The position numbers and the translations under genes were made by a program. This document shows positions 47,355-57,397 of a DNA stretch of 64,000 nt, piece after piece. Every line of letters starts with the position of its first letter. The stretch's first letter is position 1. Source of the stretch: an uncultured Actinomycetes bacterium (GTDB lineage Bacteria > Actinomycetota > UBA4738 > HRBIN12); NCBI GenBank assembly GCA_963704725.1, contig OY969934.1, positions 1,344,001 to 1,408,000 of the forward strand. Reading direction: 5' to 3'. Under the pieces are notes generated by a model. The model worked only from the letters and a program-made list of their open reading frames with translations. It had not been told where the DNA came from and made no database searches.

Positions 47355-47683
47355 CCGCGTCGCCCCATGCGAGTCGAGAGGTAGCGGTCGAGCCCGTCGA
47401 GCCGTCGTTCCCACATGCGGAACGTCTCGATCCATCGCCGGGCTTCGTCGAGGCGTTCTGGGCCGAGGGTGCACTCTCGGACCCTGCCCACCTTCTCCGT
47501 CCTCAGCAGTCGCGTCTCCTCGAGGATGCGCACGTGTTCCAGGACCGTGGGAAGCGCGATCCCGAAGGGTCGTGCCAGCTCGCTGATCGATGCCGGGCCC
47601 GCGGAGACGAGCTGCAGGATGCTGCGGCGGGTCGGGTCGGCCAGCGCGCCGAACGTTCGGTCGAGCGACACATACTTAGGCAT
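47351..47683 (-). CDS. ArsR/SmtB family transcriptional regulator
   Basis: LDRTFGALADPTRRSIL, SISELARPF, HVRILEE..L.RTEKVGRVR; TTAG-N8-CTAA palindrome over the start. Confidence 0.88.
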   Translation of the reverse strand: MPKYVSLDRTFGALADPTRRSILQLVSAGPASISELARPFGIALPTVLEHVRILEETRLLRTEKVGRVRECTLGPERLDEARRWIETFRMWERRLDGLDRYLSTRMGRRG

Positions 47684-47770
47684 GTGGCTAACCATATGCA
47701 AACGACATCGGACCGGTCAACTCGGCATGTTGGAGCGGCGGGAGCGTGATGGTTGCCGATCTCCTCCCAG

Positions 47771-47842
47771 TGCCCTCGGCAGGACTCGAACCTGCGCACC
47801 CGGCTCCGGAGGCCAGCGCTCTATCCACTGAGCTACGAGGGC
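47771..47842 (-). tRNA. tRNA-Arg(CCG); CCA not encoded
   Basis: Reverse complement GCCCTCGTAGCTCAGTGGATAGAGCGCTGGCCTCCGGAGCCGGGTGCGCAGGTTCGAGTCCTGCCGAGGGCA folds into a cloverleaf. Confidence 0.97.
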
Positions 47843-47887
47843 GTACCGGTCGAGTCTAGCAACCGCCTCGGCACCTATGCTGCTCAG

Positions 47888-48271
47888 ATGGGTGTCATGC
47901 CGCTCGTCCTGCTGGTCGACGACGAGCCGGTCCTGCTTCGGATGCTCGAGGTCAACCTGCGGATCGCGGGATTCGACGTGCGCACGGCGTCGAGCGGGAC
48001 GGGCGCCCTCGATGCGGCGGCCGAGGTCCGTCCCGACGTCGTGGTACTCGACCTGGGGCTTCCGGACCTGGACGGATGGGAGGTGCTCGGCCGGCTCCGG
48101 GCCTCGGCGGAGCTCGCCGATACGCCGGTGATCGTCCTGTCGGGCACCGACCGGGACGCCGCCGACGACCACGGCTACGCTTCGAGCGTGCACGCGTTCC
48201 TCACCAAGCCCGTCGAGCCCGCCGACCTCGTCGAGACCGTCCGCCGCGCCGCGGCGCGGACGGACGGCTGA
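47888..48271 (+). CDS. Single-domain (CheY-like) response regulator
   Basis: LLVDDEP, VLDLGLPDLDG, VIVLSG, FLTKP; TATGCT box 6 nt before ATG. Confidence 0.9.
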   Translation: MGVMPLVLLVDDEPVLLRMLEVNLRIAGFDVRTASSGTGALDAAAEVRPDVVVLDLGLPDLDGWEVLGRLRASAELADTPVIVLSGTDRDAADDHGYASSVHAFLTKPVEPADLVETVRRAAARTDG

Positions 48272-48289
48272 CGGCGCTCGCTCCCGCCG

Positions 48290-49957
48290 ATGATCGAGGA
48301 GCGACTCACCGAGCTGCTGCGCAGGGCCCTCGAGGCCTCCGGGCTGGTCCCCGACGCCGCCTCGGTCGAAATCGTCCTCTCGAAACCCCGCCTGAGGGAG
48401 CACGGGGACTTCTCGACGAACGTCGCGCTCACCCTCTCCAAGCGCCTGGGCCACCCGCCACGGGAGCTCGCCGACCTGATCGTCGCTCATCTCCCCGCGT
48501 CCGGGCTGGTCGAGTCGGCCGAGGTGGCCGGCCCGGGCTTCGTCAACCTCCGGGTCTCCGACGTGTGGCTCCACGACGCCCTGCGGTCGGCGGCCGAGCT
48601 CGCCGAGGGCTACGGGCGGTCGGCCCCGACCGGGCGGCGCGTCCAGGTCGAGTTCGTGAGCGCCAACCCCACCGGGCCGCTCACGCTCGGGCACGCCCGG
48701 AACGCGGCCATCGGCGACGCGCTGGCCCGGCTCCTCGCGTTCGGCGGGTGGGACGTCGAGCGCGAGTACTACTTCAACGACGCGGGCGGGCAGATGGACC
48801 GTTTCGGCGCGAGCGTCGAGGCGCGCTACCTCCGGCTCGCCGGCCGCGAGGCCGAGGTCCCCGACGACGGGTACCACGGGGAATACGTGGCCGAGCTGGC
48901 GAAGGACATCCTCGAGGTCGAGGGACCGGCCCTGGTCGACCTGCCGGCGGACGAGCGCCTGGCGCGGCTGCGCGACGAGGGCGCGCGACGGGTGCTCGGC
49001 TGGATCCGGGCCACGCTCGAGCGGTTCGGCGTGCGGTTCGACGTGTTCACGTCGGAGGCGGATCTCTCCGGCCGCGGCGAGATCGACGGGGCGGTCGAGC
49101 AGCTCCGGGCGTCCGGGTTCGCCTACGACGCCGAGGGCGCCGTGTGGTTCCGTTCGACGGCGTTCGGCGACGACAAGGATCGGGTGGTGGTCCGATCGAA
49201 CGGCGTGCACACGTACTTCGGCGCGGACTGCGCGTACCTGATCGACAAGTTCGGCCGGGGCTTCGATCACGTGATCTACGTGTGGGGCGCCGATCACCAC
49301 GGCGACGTGGTGCGGGTCCGGGGGGCCGGCCGGGCGCTCGGCTTCGATCCCGACGCGATCGAGATCGTGATCTACCAATGGGTGTCGTTCCTGCGGAACG
49401 GCGAGCCGGTGCCCATGAGCAAGCGGGCCGGCACCTTCATCACGCTCGACGAGCTGATCGACGAGGTGGGCGCGGACGCCGCGCGGTTCCACCTGCTGAT
49501 GTTCAGCAACGACGCGACGATGAACTTCGACATCGAGACGGTGCGCCGGCAGTCCATGGACAATCCCGTCTACTACGTGCAGTACGGCCACGCGCGGATC
49601 GCGTCCATCCTTCGCACGGCGACGCAGCGGGGCGTCGAGCTCCGGCCCATCGCCGACGCCGACCTCTCCTTGCTCCGGCACGAGCGAGAGCTCGACCTGC
49701 TGCGCGGGATCGCCGAGGCGCCGGCCGAGATCGCGCGAGCGGCCGACCTCCGAGCCCCGCACCGGCTGACGCACGCGGCCCAGGACCTCGCCGGCTCGTT
49801 CCACCGCTTCTACACGGAGTGCCCGGTGCTGTCCGACGACAGCTCGCTCACCCAGGCGCGGCTGTGGCTCTGCGTGGGAGCGAAGCAGGTGATCGCGAAC
49901 CTGCTGAGCCTGCTGGGCGTCTCTGCGCCGGAGTCGATGGAGCGGTCGGATGACTGA
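48290..49957 (+). CDS. argS: Arginine--tRNA ligase
   Basis: HGDFSTNVA, AGPGFVN, EFVSANPTGPLTLGHAR, GADHHG, MSKRAG, NPVYYVQYGHAR. Confidence 0.97.
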   Translation: MIEERLTELLRRALEASGLVPDAASVEIVLSKPRLREHGDFSTNVALTLSKRLGHPPRELADLIVAHLPASGLVESAEVAGPGFVNLRVSDVWLHDALRSAAELAEGYGRSAPTGRRVQVEFVSANPTGPLTLGHARNAAIGDALARLLAFGGWDVEREYYFNDAGGQMDRFGASVEARYLRLAGREAEVPDDGYHGEYVAELAKDILEVEGPALVDLPADERLARLRDEGARRVLGWIRATLERFGVRFDVFTSEADLSGRGEIDGAVEQLRASGFAYDAEGAVWFRSTAFGDDKDRVVVRSNGVHTYFGADCAYLIDKFGRGFDHVIYVWGADHHGDVVRVRGAGRALGFDPDAIEIVIYQWVSFLRNGEPVPMSKRAGTFITLDELIDEVGADAARFHLLMFSNDATMNFDIETVRRQSMDNPVYYVQYGHARIASILRTATQRGVELRPIADADLSLLRHERELDLLRGIAEAPAEIARAADLRAPHRLTHAAQDLAGSFHRFYTECPVLSDDSSLTQARLWLCVGAKQVIANLLSLLGVSAPESMERSDD

Positions 49958-51758
49958 GGGCGGTCCCTGGCCGGACCACGCGCGGTTCGGCGCCCAGGGG
50001 CTGGTCGTGGCCGGCGTCGCGGCTGAGGAGCTGGCGCGTCGGTACGGGACGCCGCTCCTGGTCGCGGACGAGGATCACCTGCGCGACCGGGCCCGGGCGT
50101 TCGCGACGCTGTTCCCGCACCCGCTGTACGCCGTGAAGGCGTTCTGTTCGCGCGCCGCGATCCGGATCGTCGCGGAGGAGGGCCTCGACCTCCTGGTCTC
50201 GACCGGCGGGGAGCTCGAGGCCTGCCTGCGCGCCGGGGTCCCGGGGAGCCGGATGGTCCTGCACGGCAACAACAAGTCCGACGACGAGCTCCGCCTGGCC
50301 GTCGCCACCGGGGTGCGGCTCGTGAACGTCGACAACCCCGAGGAGCTCGAGCGCCTGGAGCGGGTCGCGGCGGAGGCGGATGCGGTCCAGCCGATCATGC
50401 TCCGCGTGATCCCGGGAGTGGGCGCCGGAGCCAACGAGAAGATCGTCACGGGGGCCGTGGGGTCCAAGTTCGGCACGGCGCTGGAGCTCGTCCCCTCGAC
50501 GGTCCGCCGGGCCGTGGAGCTCGGCCACGTGCGGCTCGTGGGAATCCACTCGCACGTCGGCTCGCAGGTCCTGGAGGCCGAGCCGTACCTGGCCGAGGTC
50601 GACGTCCTGCTCGACCTGCTCATCCACCTCCGCGAGGAGGCGGGGTTCGTGGCCGAGCTCGTCGACCTCGGCGGCGGGTTCGGCGTGGCGTATACGGACG
50701 AGTCGCCGTTCGCGCTCGACGAGCTCGCGCCGGCCCTCCTCGCCCGTGTGCACGAGGGCGCCGAGCGCCGGGGGCTGCCGCCGGTCCACACGCTCGTCGA
50801 GCCGGGGCGCTCCGTCGTGGGGACGGCCATGCTCACGCTGTACCGCGTGGGAACGGTCAAGGCCTCGGCCGGCGGTCCGACGATCGTCGCCGTCGACGGC
50901 GGGATGTCGGACAACATCCGGCCGATGCTGTACGGCTCCCGCTACACGGTGGCGTTCGCCGGAGCGCCGCGAGGCGTCTCGCCGACGTCCGTCGACGTCG
51001 TCGGGCGACACTGCGAGTCCGGGGACGTGCTCGCCCGCGACGTGAAGCTGCCGGTCGAGCCGCGGCCCGGCGACCTCCTCGCGTTCGCCGCGACCGGCGC
51101 GTACACGTACTCGATGGCGAGCACGTACAACCGCGTGGGGCGCCCGGCCGTGGTCGCCGTGCGGGAGGGGACGGTCGTGCCTTGGCTCCGCCGCGAGGAG
51201 CCGGCCGACCTCGATCGGCTCGAGGCCGCCCCGCCGGCGACCCTGCCGAGGTCGCGGCCCGAGAGCATCGAGATCCGCCCGGCCCGTCCCGGCGACGCCC
51301 GGTCGTTCCTCGAGCTGTACCGGAGCGTCGCCGCCGAGCGGCGCTTCATCCAGACCGAACACGTGTCCCGCTCCGCCGGCTACTACCGGCGACGGTTCCG
51401 CCGGTCCCTCGACGACGGGGGAGCCCACCTGCTCGCCGTGGAGGGCGAGCGCGTGGTGGGAAGCCTGTCGATCCGCCGTGACCTGCAGCCCGCGATCCGA
51501 CACGTGGCGACGCTGGGGATGCTGGTCGCGGAGAGCCACCGTGGCCGGGGGATCGGAGGCGCGCTGATGGAGGAGGCGCTGCGGTGGGCGCGCCGGGTCG
51601 GCATCGAGCGCGTCGAGCTCACGGTCTACCCCCACAACGCCGTGGCGATCGCGTTGTACCGCGGGTTCGGGTTCGTCGAGGAGGGGAGGCTCGTCCGCCA
51701 CTCGAAGAAGTCGTACGGCTACGAGGACGAGATCCTTATGGCCGCGTTCCTGGACTGA
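49950..51758 (+). CDS. lysA: Diaminopimelate decarboxylase fused to a C-terminal GNAT acetyltransferase
   Basis: YAVKAF (PLP Lys), HGNNKS, SKFG, HSHVGSQ, EPGRS, CESGD, TGAY, then an in-frame ~165-aa GNAT (HRGRGIG, N..AIALY..FGF). Confidence 0.93.
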   Translation: MTEGGPWPDHARFGAQGLVVAGVAAEELARRYGTPLLVADEDHLRDRARAFATLFPHPLYAVKAFCSRAAIRIVAEEGLDLLVSTGGELEACLRAGVPGSRMVLHGNNKSDDELRLAVATGVRLVNVDNPEELERLERVAAEADAVQPIMLRVIPGVGAGANEKIVTGAVGSKFGTALELVPSTVRRAVELGHVRLVGIHSHVGSQVLEAEPYLAEVDVLLDLLIHLREEAGFVAELVDLGGGFGVAYTDESPFALDELAPALLARVHEGAERRGLPPVHTLVEPGRSVVGTAMLTLYRVGTVKASAGGPTIVAVDGGMSDNIRPMLYGSRYTVAFAGAPRGVSPTSVDVVGRHCESGDVLARDVKLPVEPRPGDLLAFAATGAYTYSMASTYNRVGRPAVVAVREGTVVPWLRREEPADLDRLEAAPPATLPRSRPESIEIRPARPGDARSFLELYRSVAAERRFIQTEHVSRSAGYYRRRFRRSLDDGGAHLLAVEGERVVGSLSIRRDLQPAIRHVATLGMLVAESHRGRGIGGALMEEALRWARRVGIERVELTVYPHNAVAIALYRGFGFVEEGRLVRHSKKSYGYEDEILMAAFLD

Positions 51759-51800
51759 TCGGGTGTCCCCTGCCTCGGACCCCGTTAGCCTGATCGGAGC

Positions 51801-53165
51801 ATGGTGGGCGAACGCACCCTGAGGATCGGGCTCCTCGGCTGCGGCAACGTCGGCGCGGCCGTGGTGCGCCTGCTCGAGCGCAACCGCGAGGAGGTCGCGC
51901 GTCGCGCTGGGTGCCGGCTCGAGATCACGAGGGTCGCGGTTCGGGACCCCGCCGCGACCCGGGACGTCCCGCTCGACGTCTCGGTCTTCGTCGACGCACC
52001 GATGGCCGTGATCGAGGATCCGGACGTCGACATCGTGTGCGAGCTGATCGGAGGGATCGAACCCGCGGCGACGCTCGTGCTCGCGGCGTTCGAGCGCGGC
52101 AAGCCAGTCGTGACGGCGAACAAGGAGCTGCTCGCGACGCGCGGCCGGGAGCTGTTCGATGCCTCGGACGCCAAGGGTCTCGACCTGTACTTCGAGGCGG
52201 CCGTGGGGGGCGGGATTCCGCTCATCCGGCCCCTGAAGGAGTCGCTCACCGGCGAGCGGCTCCGCCGCGTCGTCGGCATCGTCAACGGCACGACGAACTT
52301 CATCCTCACGCGGATGTCCGAGGAGGGACGATCCTTCGACGACGTTCTGGCCGAAGCGCAACGGCTCGGCTACGCGGAGGCCGACCCTACCGCCGACGTC
52401 GACGGCCACGACGCCGCGGCGAAGCTGGCCATCCTCGCCTCGATCGCCTTCAACGCGCGCGTCGTCGCCGGCGACGTGTTCCGCGAGGGCATCTCGCGCG
52501 TGCGTACGGAGGACATCGAGTACGCGAGGCGCCTCGGGTACGTCGTGAAGCTCCTGGCGATCGCGGAGCTCGGCGACGACGAGCGCATCACCGCGCGCGT
52601 GCACCCGGCCATGGTCCCCGAGGCGCACCCGCTCGCGAGCGTTCGCGACGCGTTCAACGCCGTCTTCCTGCGGGGGCCGACGATCGGCGAGCTGATGTTC
52701 TACGGGCGCGGCGCCGGCGGCGAACCCACCGCGACGGCCGTGGTCGGAGACCTGGTCAGCGTGGCCAGGAACCGGCTTGCCCACACGCACGGGGTCGGCT
52801 GCACGTGCTTCCACGAGCGCACGATCCGTCCGATGGCCGAGATGACCGGCCAGTACTACATCCTGCTGCATGTCGACGACCGTCCCGGCGTGCTGGCCGA
52901 GATCGCGAGCGTTCTCGGCCGCAACGACGTCTCGATCAAGAGCGTGTGGCAGGAGGGGACCGGCCGCGACGCGCAGCTCGTGTTCGTCACCCACCCCGCC
53001 TTGGAGGGATCGTTCCAGCGCGCGGTTTCGGAGCTCCACGACCTCCCTGCCGTCGAGGAGGTCCGCAGCGTCCTGAGGGTGGAGGAACAGGACTCAAGCA
53101 GCGAAGCGGTAGTCCCCGGAGGAGACCTCGCGGAGCGAGGTCGCCTCCGGAAGGAAGAGGGCTGA
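51801..53165 (+). CDS. hom: Homoserine dehydrogenase with ACT domain
   Basis: [42 protein letters not shown]. Confidence 0.95.
   Translation: MVGERTLRIGLLGCGNVGAAVVRLLERNREEVARRAGCRLEITRVAVRDPAATRDVPLDVSVFVDAPMAVIEDPDVDIVCELIGGIEPAATLVLAAFERGKPVVTANKELLATRGRELFDASDAKGLDLYFEAAVGGGIPLIRPLKESLTGERLRRVVGIVNGTTNFILTRMSEEGRSFDDVLAEAQRLGYAEADPTADVDGHDAAAKLAILASIAFNARVVAGDVFREGISRVRTEDIEYARRLGYVVKLLAIAELGDDERITARVHPAMVPEAHPLASVRDAFNAVFLRGPTIGELMFYGRGAGGEPTATAVVGDLVSVARNRLAHTHGVGCTCFHERTIRPMAEMTGQYYILLHVDDRPGVLAEIASVLGRNDVSIKSVWQEGTGRDAQLVFVTHPALEGSFQRAVSELHDLPAVEEVRSVLRVEEQDSSSEAVVPGGDLAERGRLRKEEG
53116..53150. repeat. Imperfect palindrome (REP-like hairpin) in the hom 3' tail
   Basis: CCGGAGG-A-GACCTCGC-GGA-GCGAGGTC-G-CCTCCGG, preceded by GCGAAGC. 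Confidence 0.6.
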
Positions 53166-54217
53166 TGGCGCGTCCCTGGCGCGGCGTGATCGAGGAGTAC
53201 CGGGACCGGCTTCCTGTGACCGAGCACACCCCGGTGATCACGCTGTGCGAGGGCGGCACGCCGCTCGTCCGCTCGGAGCCGCTGTCGGCCGAGACGGGAT
53301 GCGAGGTCTGGCTGAAGTACGAGGGCGCCAACCCCACGGCCTCGTTCAAGGACCGGGGGATGACGCTCGCGATCAGCAAGGCGGTCGAGGCCGGCTCCAA
53401 GGCGGTCGTGTGTGCCTCGACCGGCAACACGAGCGCGAGCGCCGCGGCCTACGCGGCGAAGGCCGGCCTCACCTGCGCGGTCCTGGTGCCGAAGGGCAAG
53501 ATCGCCATGGGCAAGATGGCCGCCACCCTGGTCCACGGCGCCCAGGTCCTCGAGATCGAGGGGAACTTCGACGCCTCGCTCGAGGTGGCGAAGGAGCTCG
53601 CCGAGCGGTACCCGGTCACGCTCGTCAACTCGGTCAACCCCTACCGCATCCAGGGGCAGAAGACGCTGGCGTTCGAGGTCGTCGACGCGCTCGGTCGAGC
53701 CCCCGACCTCCATTGCGTGCCGGTCGGCAACGCGGGGAACATCTCGAGCCACTGGCGCGGCTACTCGGAGTACCTGGCGGACGGCGTGATCCACGAGCCG
53801 CCGCGGCTGTTCGGCTTCCAGGCCGCGGGAGCCGCGCCGCTCGTCAGCGGGGTCCCCGTGCCGAACCCCCAGACGATCGCCACGGCGATCCGCATCGGGA
53901 ACCCGGCCTCGTGGGACATGGCCCTCGGCGCAGCGAAGGAGTCCGAGGGCGGCATCCTCGCCGTCACCGACCGCGAGATCCTCGCGGCGTACCGCCGCGT
54001 CGCCCACGAGGGCCTGTTCGCCGAGCCGGCCTCGGCGGCGAGCGTGGCCGGCCTGCTGCGCCTGGCCGCGGAGGGCATCCTCAACCCCGGCGCCACTGTG
54101 GTCTGCGTTCTCACCGGCCACGGGTTGAAGGATCCCGAGTGGGCCATCACCGGCGCCGCGCGTCCCCGCACGGTGGGTGCCGACGCGCACGCCGTCGCCG
54201 AGGAGCTCGGGCTCTAG
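53165..54217 (+). CDS. thrC: Threonine synthase
   Basis: [53 protein letters not shown]. Confidence 0.96.
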   Translation: MARPWRGVIEEYRDRLPVTEHTPVITLCEGGTPLVRSEPLSAETGCEVWLKYEGANPTASFKDRGMTLAISKAVEAGSKAVVCASTGNTSASAAAYAAKAGLTCAVLVPKGKIAMGKMAATLVHGAQVLEIEGNFDASLEVAKELAERYPVTLVNSVNPYRIQGQKTLAFEVVDALGRAPDLHCVPVGNAGNISSHWRGYSEYLADGVIHEPPRLFGFQAAGAAPLVSGVPVPNPQTIATAIRIGNPASWDMALGAAKESEGGILAVTDREILAAYRRVAHEGLFAEPASAASVAGLLRLAAEGILNPGATVVCVLTGHGLKDPEWAITGAARPRTVGADAHAVAEELGL

Positions 54218-54234
54218 GAGCCCGATCGCCGCCG

Positions 54235-55107
54235 ATGCGTCTGACCGCCCGCGTTCCGGCCACCTCCGCGAACCTCGGCCCGGGGTTCGACTGTTTCGGA
54301 TTGGCCCTCGACCTGTGCAACGAGGTCACGATCGACACCGACGCCGAGCCGGGAGTGTCGTGGGACGGCGAGGGCGCCGACGAGCTCCCCACCGACGGCA
54401 CCGACCTGGTGAGCTCGGCGATGCTGCGCGCCGCCGCGGACCTGGGGGGACTCCTGCCCGCGCTCTCCGTGCGTGCGAAGAACCGGATTCCCCTCGAGCG
54501 CGGCATCGGCTCGTCCGCTGCCGCGCGGGTGGCCGGCGTGGCGCTGGCCACCCGCCTCCTCGATCCGGAGACCGCCGACGACCAATTCCGAGTGTTCTCG
54601 GTCGTCGCAGAGCTCGAAGGTCACCCGGACAACGCGGCGGCTGCGGTCTTCGGCGGTTTCACGATGGTGCTGGGCGGCCGGGCCCCGCTCGTCCGGCGAT
54701 TCGACCCTCACCCGGGGCTTCGACCGGTTCTCCTCGTCCCCGATGGGATCCGGATATCGACCGCCGCTGCCAGGCAAGCGCTCCCCGATCACGTTCGGTT
54801 CCGTGATGCCACCATCAACGCGGCGCGCTCCGCATTGACCGCCGCGGCGATTGTCGGCGAGCCCGATCTGCTGTTCCCGGCGATGGTGGACAGGCTGCAC
54901 GAGGACGAACGCCTTTCCCTGGCCCCGGCCGCGCGCGCGGTCTTCGACCGGATCCGGGAGGCGGGCTTCGCCGTGTGCGTCTCCGGCTCCGGTCCGTCGT
55001 TGCTGGCGTTCGACAGTCGGCACGGTCGCGTCCCCGACCCGGGCGAGGGCTGGCAGGTCCTCCGGGTCCCGGTTCGATCGACCGGATTCGAGATCGCCGA
55101 AGGCTGA
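54235..55107 (+). CDS. thrB: Homoserine kinase
   Basis: VPATSANLGPGFD, IPLERGIGSSAAA, EGHPDN, DRLHE, SGSGPS. Confidence 0.94.
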   Translation: MRLTARVPATSANLGPGFDCFGLALDLCNEVTIDTDAEPGVSWDGEGADELPTDGTDLVSSAMLRAAADLGGLLPALSVRAKNRIPLERGIGSSAAARVAGVALATRLLDPETADDQFRVFSVVAELEGHPDNAAAAVFGGFTMVLGGRAPLVRRFDPHPGLRPVLLVPDGIRISTAAARQALPDHVRFRDATINAARSALTAAAIVGEPDLLFPAMVDRLHEDERLSLAPAARAVFDRIREAGFAVCVSGSGPSLLAFDSRHGRVPDPGEGWQVLRVPVRSTGFEIAEG

Positions 55108-55189
55108 AGGTACCGAGACCGAGTGACGATGTGTGAGGGATGCCGTTGAACGCCCACAGGACCGACCCTAGACTCGCCCCCGACCTCCG

Positions 55190-57388
55190 ATGACGACGGA
55201 CCCACACGGCCGCGACGACGACGCCGCGCAGGGATCCGAGCTGTCGGGAGCCAAGCCCGTCGTCGTCACCGACCTCGCGAGCAAGACCCTCGCGGTGAAG
55301 GAAGGCGACACCTTCCTCTACTCCGATCTCGAGGGGAACCTCGACCACGGCGGCGACTACGGCCTCGGCCTGTACGCCAAGGACACGCGGTTCCTCTCGC
55401 ACTTCAAGATGACGATCAACGGCCGGCCCCCGGTCCTGCTGTCGTCGTCGTCCGAGCGCGGCTACATGTCGCACGTCGACCTGACCAACCCCGACCTGTA
55501 CGACGACGAGGTCGTCACCGTCCCGCAGCAGACTCTCAACCTCCGCCGCATCCGCGCCATCAACGGCCGGATGTTCGAGCGCGTCCGGGTGAAGAACTAC
55601 AACCCGTTCCCCGTCACGCTCGACCTCGAGTTCCATCTCGGCGCCGACTTCGCGGACATCTTCGAGGTGCGCGGCATGACCCGGGAGGCGGGGCCCGCGC
55701 CGCGGCCTCCGGTGGTGCGCGACGGCGTGATCGAGTTCGTGTACGACGGTCGCGACGACCTCCGCCGCACCACGCGGATCGAGTTCGCCGGGCTGCCGGA
55801 TCGCATCGACGTCCACGGGCTGCTCGCGACCGCGGTCTTCCGCATTCACCTCGGCCCCTACCAGACCAAGCTCGTCGGGCTGTCCATCGATCCCGTCATC
55901 GAGGACGGGAGCCCGTCGTCGACGGACTTCGACCACGCGGTCCACGAGCTCCGCCGGTCGTACGAGGAATGGGAGCGGGAGTCCACCGAGATCGTGACGG
56001 ACAACGAGCTCTTCAACGAGCTGCTGGCGCGGAGCCGGCGCGACCTCAGGGTCCTCCACACCGACACCGACGGCGGCTCGGTCCTGGCCGCGGGCATTCC
56101 CTGGTACGTCACCGTCTTCGGTCGCGACGCGCTGATCGCCTCCCATCAGCTCTTGCTGGTGAACACGCGCCCGGCCCGCGAGGCGCTCGAGCTCCTCGCC
56201 GCCAAGCAGGGCACGACGATCGACGACTGGCGCGACGAGCAGCCGGGCAAGATCCTGCACGAGATCCGCCATGGCGAGTTCGCGCGCGCCGGGATCATCC
56301 CGCACACGCCGTACTACGGGTCGGTGGATGCGACGCCGCTGTTCGTCCTCCTCTACGCGATGCACCTCCGGTGGACCGGCGACGTCTCGTTCGCCGAGAA
56401 GCTCCTGCCGGCGGCCGAGGCGGCGCTCGGATGGATCGACCAGTACGGCGACGTGGACGGCGACGGTTTCGTCGAGTACCAGACACGCTCGTCTCGCGGG
56501 ATCCGCAACCAGGGATGGAAGGACTCGCACGACTCGGTCGTTCACGCCGACGGTCGCCTGGCCGAGCCCCCCATCGCGCTGGCGGAGGTGCAGGGATACG
56601 TGTACCTGGCGAAGCTGCGGATGACCGACGTGTATCGGGCGCTCGGTCGCCATGCGGACGCGCGGCGCCTGGTCGATGAGGCCGCGGCGTTGAAGCTCCG
56701 GTACAACGAGGCGTTCTGGATGGAGGACGAGCACTACTTCGCGCAGGCGCTCGACGCCGACAAGCGGCAGGTGCGCACCGTGACGTCCAACCCGGGCCAC
56801 GGTCTCTACTGCGGGATCGTGGACGACGACAAGGCCGTGCCGCTCGCCCGGCGCTTGCTCTCGCCCGACATGTTCTCGGGCTGGGGCATCCGGACGATGA
56901 GCAAGGCGGCCGCGGCGTACAACCCGATGAGCTACCACAACGGCTCGGTCTGGCCGCACGACAACGCGCTCATCGCTGCCGGCTTGAAGCGCTACGGCTT
57001 CGCCCGGTCGACGAACCGGGTGGCCACGGCGATGTTCGACGCGGCCGTGCAGGCCGACTACATGCGCCTCCCCGAGCTCTTCTGCGGGTTCACGCGCCGC
57101 ACGCCGAACCGCCCGGTCAGCTACCCGGTCGCGTGCTCACCCCAGGCGTGGGCCGCCGGATCGCCGTACCTCATGCTGCAGGCGATCCTGGGGATCTCGG
57201 CCCGGGCCCACGAGAACCTCCTCACGGTGAACCTCCCGCACCTCCCCACGTGGCTCAACACCGTCGAGGTGCGCAACATCCGGGTCGGCGAGAGCCGCAT
57301 CAGCATCGTGTTCCGGCGCGAGGGGGAGATCACGTCGTTCTCGCTGCTGGCGCGCGAGGGCGACGTGCGTGTGGTGATGGAGGAGTAG
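55190..57388 (+). CDS. Amylo-alpha-1,6-glucosidase / glycogen-debranching family glycoside hydrolase ((alpha/alpha)6 barrel)
   Basis: AAGIPWY.TVFGRD, EQPGKILHE, YYGSVDATPL, NQGWKDS, YHNGSVWPHDN, RLPELFCG, YPVACSPQAWAAG. Confidence 0.9.
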   Translation: MTTDPHGRDDDAAQGSELSGAKPVVVTDLASKTLAVKEGDTFLYSDLEGNLDHGGDYGLGLYAKDTRFLSHFKMTINGRPPVLLSSSSERGYMSHVDLTNPDLYDDEVVTVPQQTLNLRRIRAINGRMFERVRVKNYNPFPVTLDLEFHLGADFADIFEVRGMTREAGPAPRPPVVRDGVIEFVYDGRDDLRRTTRIEFAGLPDRIDVHGLLATAVFRIHLGPYQTKLVGLSIDPVIEDGSPSSTDFDHAVHELRRSYEEWERESTEIVTDNELFNELLARSRRDLRVLHTDTDGGSVLAAGIPWYVTVFGRDALIASHQLLLVNTRPAREALELLAAKQGTTIDDWRDEQPGKILHEIRHGEFARAGIIPHTPYYGSVDATPLFVLLYAMHLRWTGDVSFAEKLLPAAEAALGWIDQYGDVDGDGFVEYQTRSSRGIRNQGWKDSHDSVVHADGRLAEPPIALAEVQGYVYLAKLRMTDVYRALGRHADARRLVDEAAALKLRYNEAFWMEDEHYFAQALDADKRQVRTVTSNPGHGLYCGIVDDDKAVPLARRLLSPDMFSGWGIRTMSKAAAAYNPMSYHNGSVWPHDNALIAAGLKRYGFARSTNRVATAMFDAAVQADYMRLPELFCGFTRRTPNRPVSYPVACSPQAWAAGSPYLMLQAILGISARAHENLLTVNLPHLPTWLNTVEVRNIRVGESRISIVFRREGEITSFSLLAREGDVRVVMEE

Positions 57389-57397
57389 GCGGGGCCC

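Noticed and set aside
49848-53039. 1063-aa minus-strand ORF, and similar long shadows (5379..7856, 38619..41096, 29305..31953)
   Set aside because: They overlap well-supported genes and have R/G/P-rich, motif-free composition.
54560-54900. Slightly AT-richer codon usage within thrB
   Set aside because: No clear promoter consensus or boundary found by eye; could be ordinary variation.
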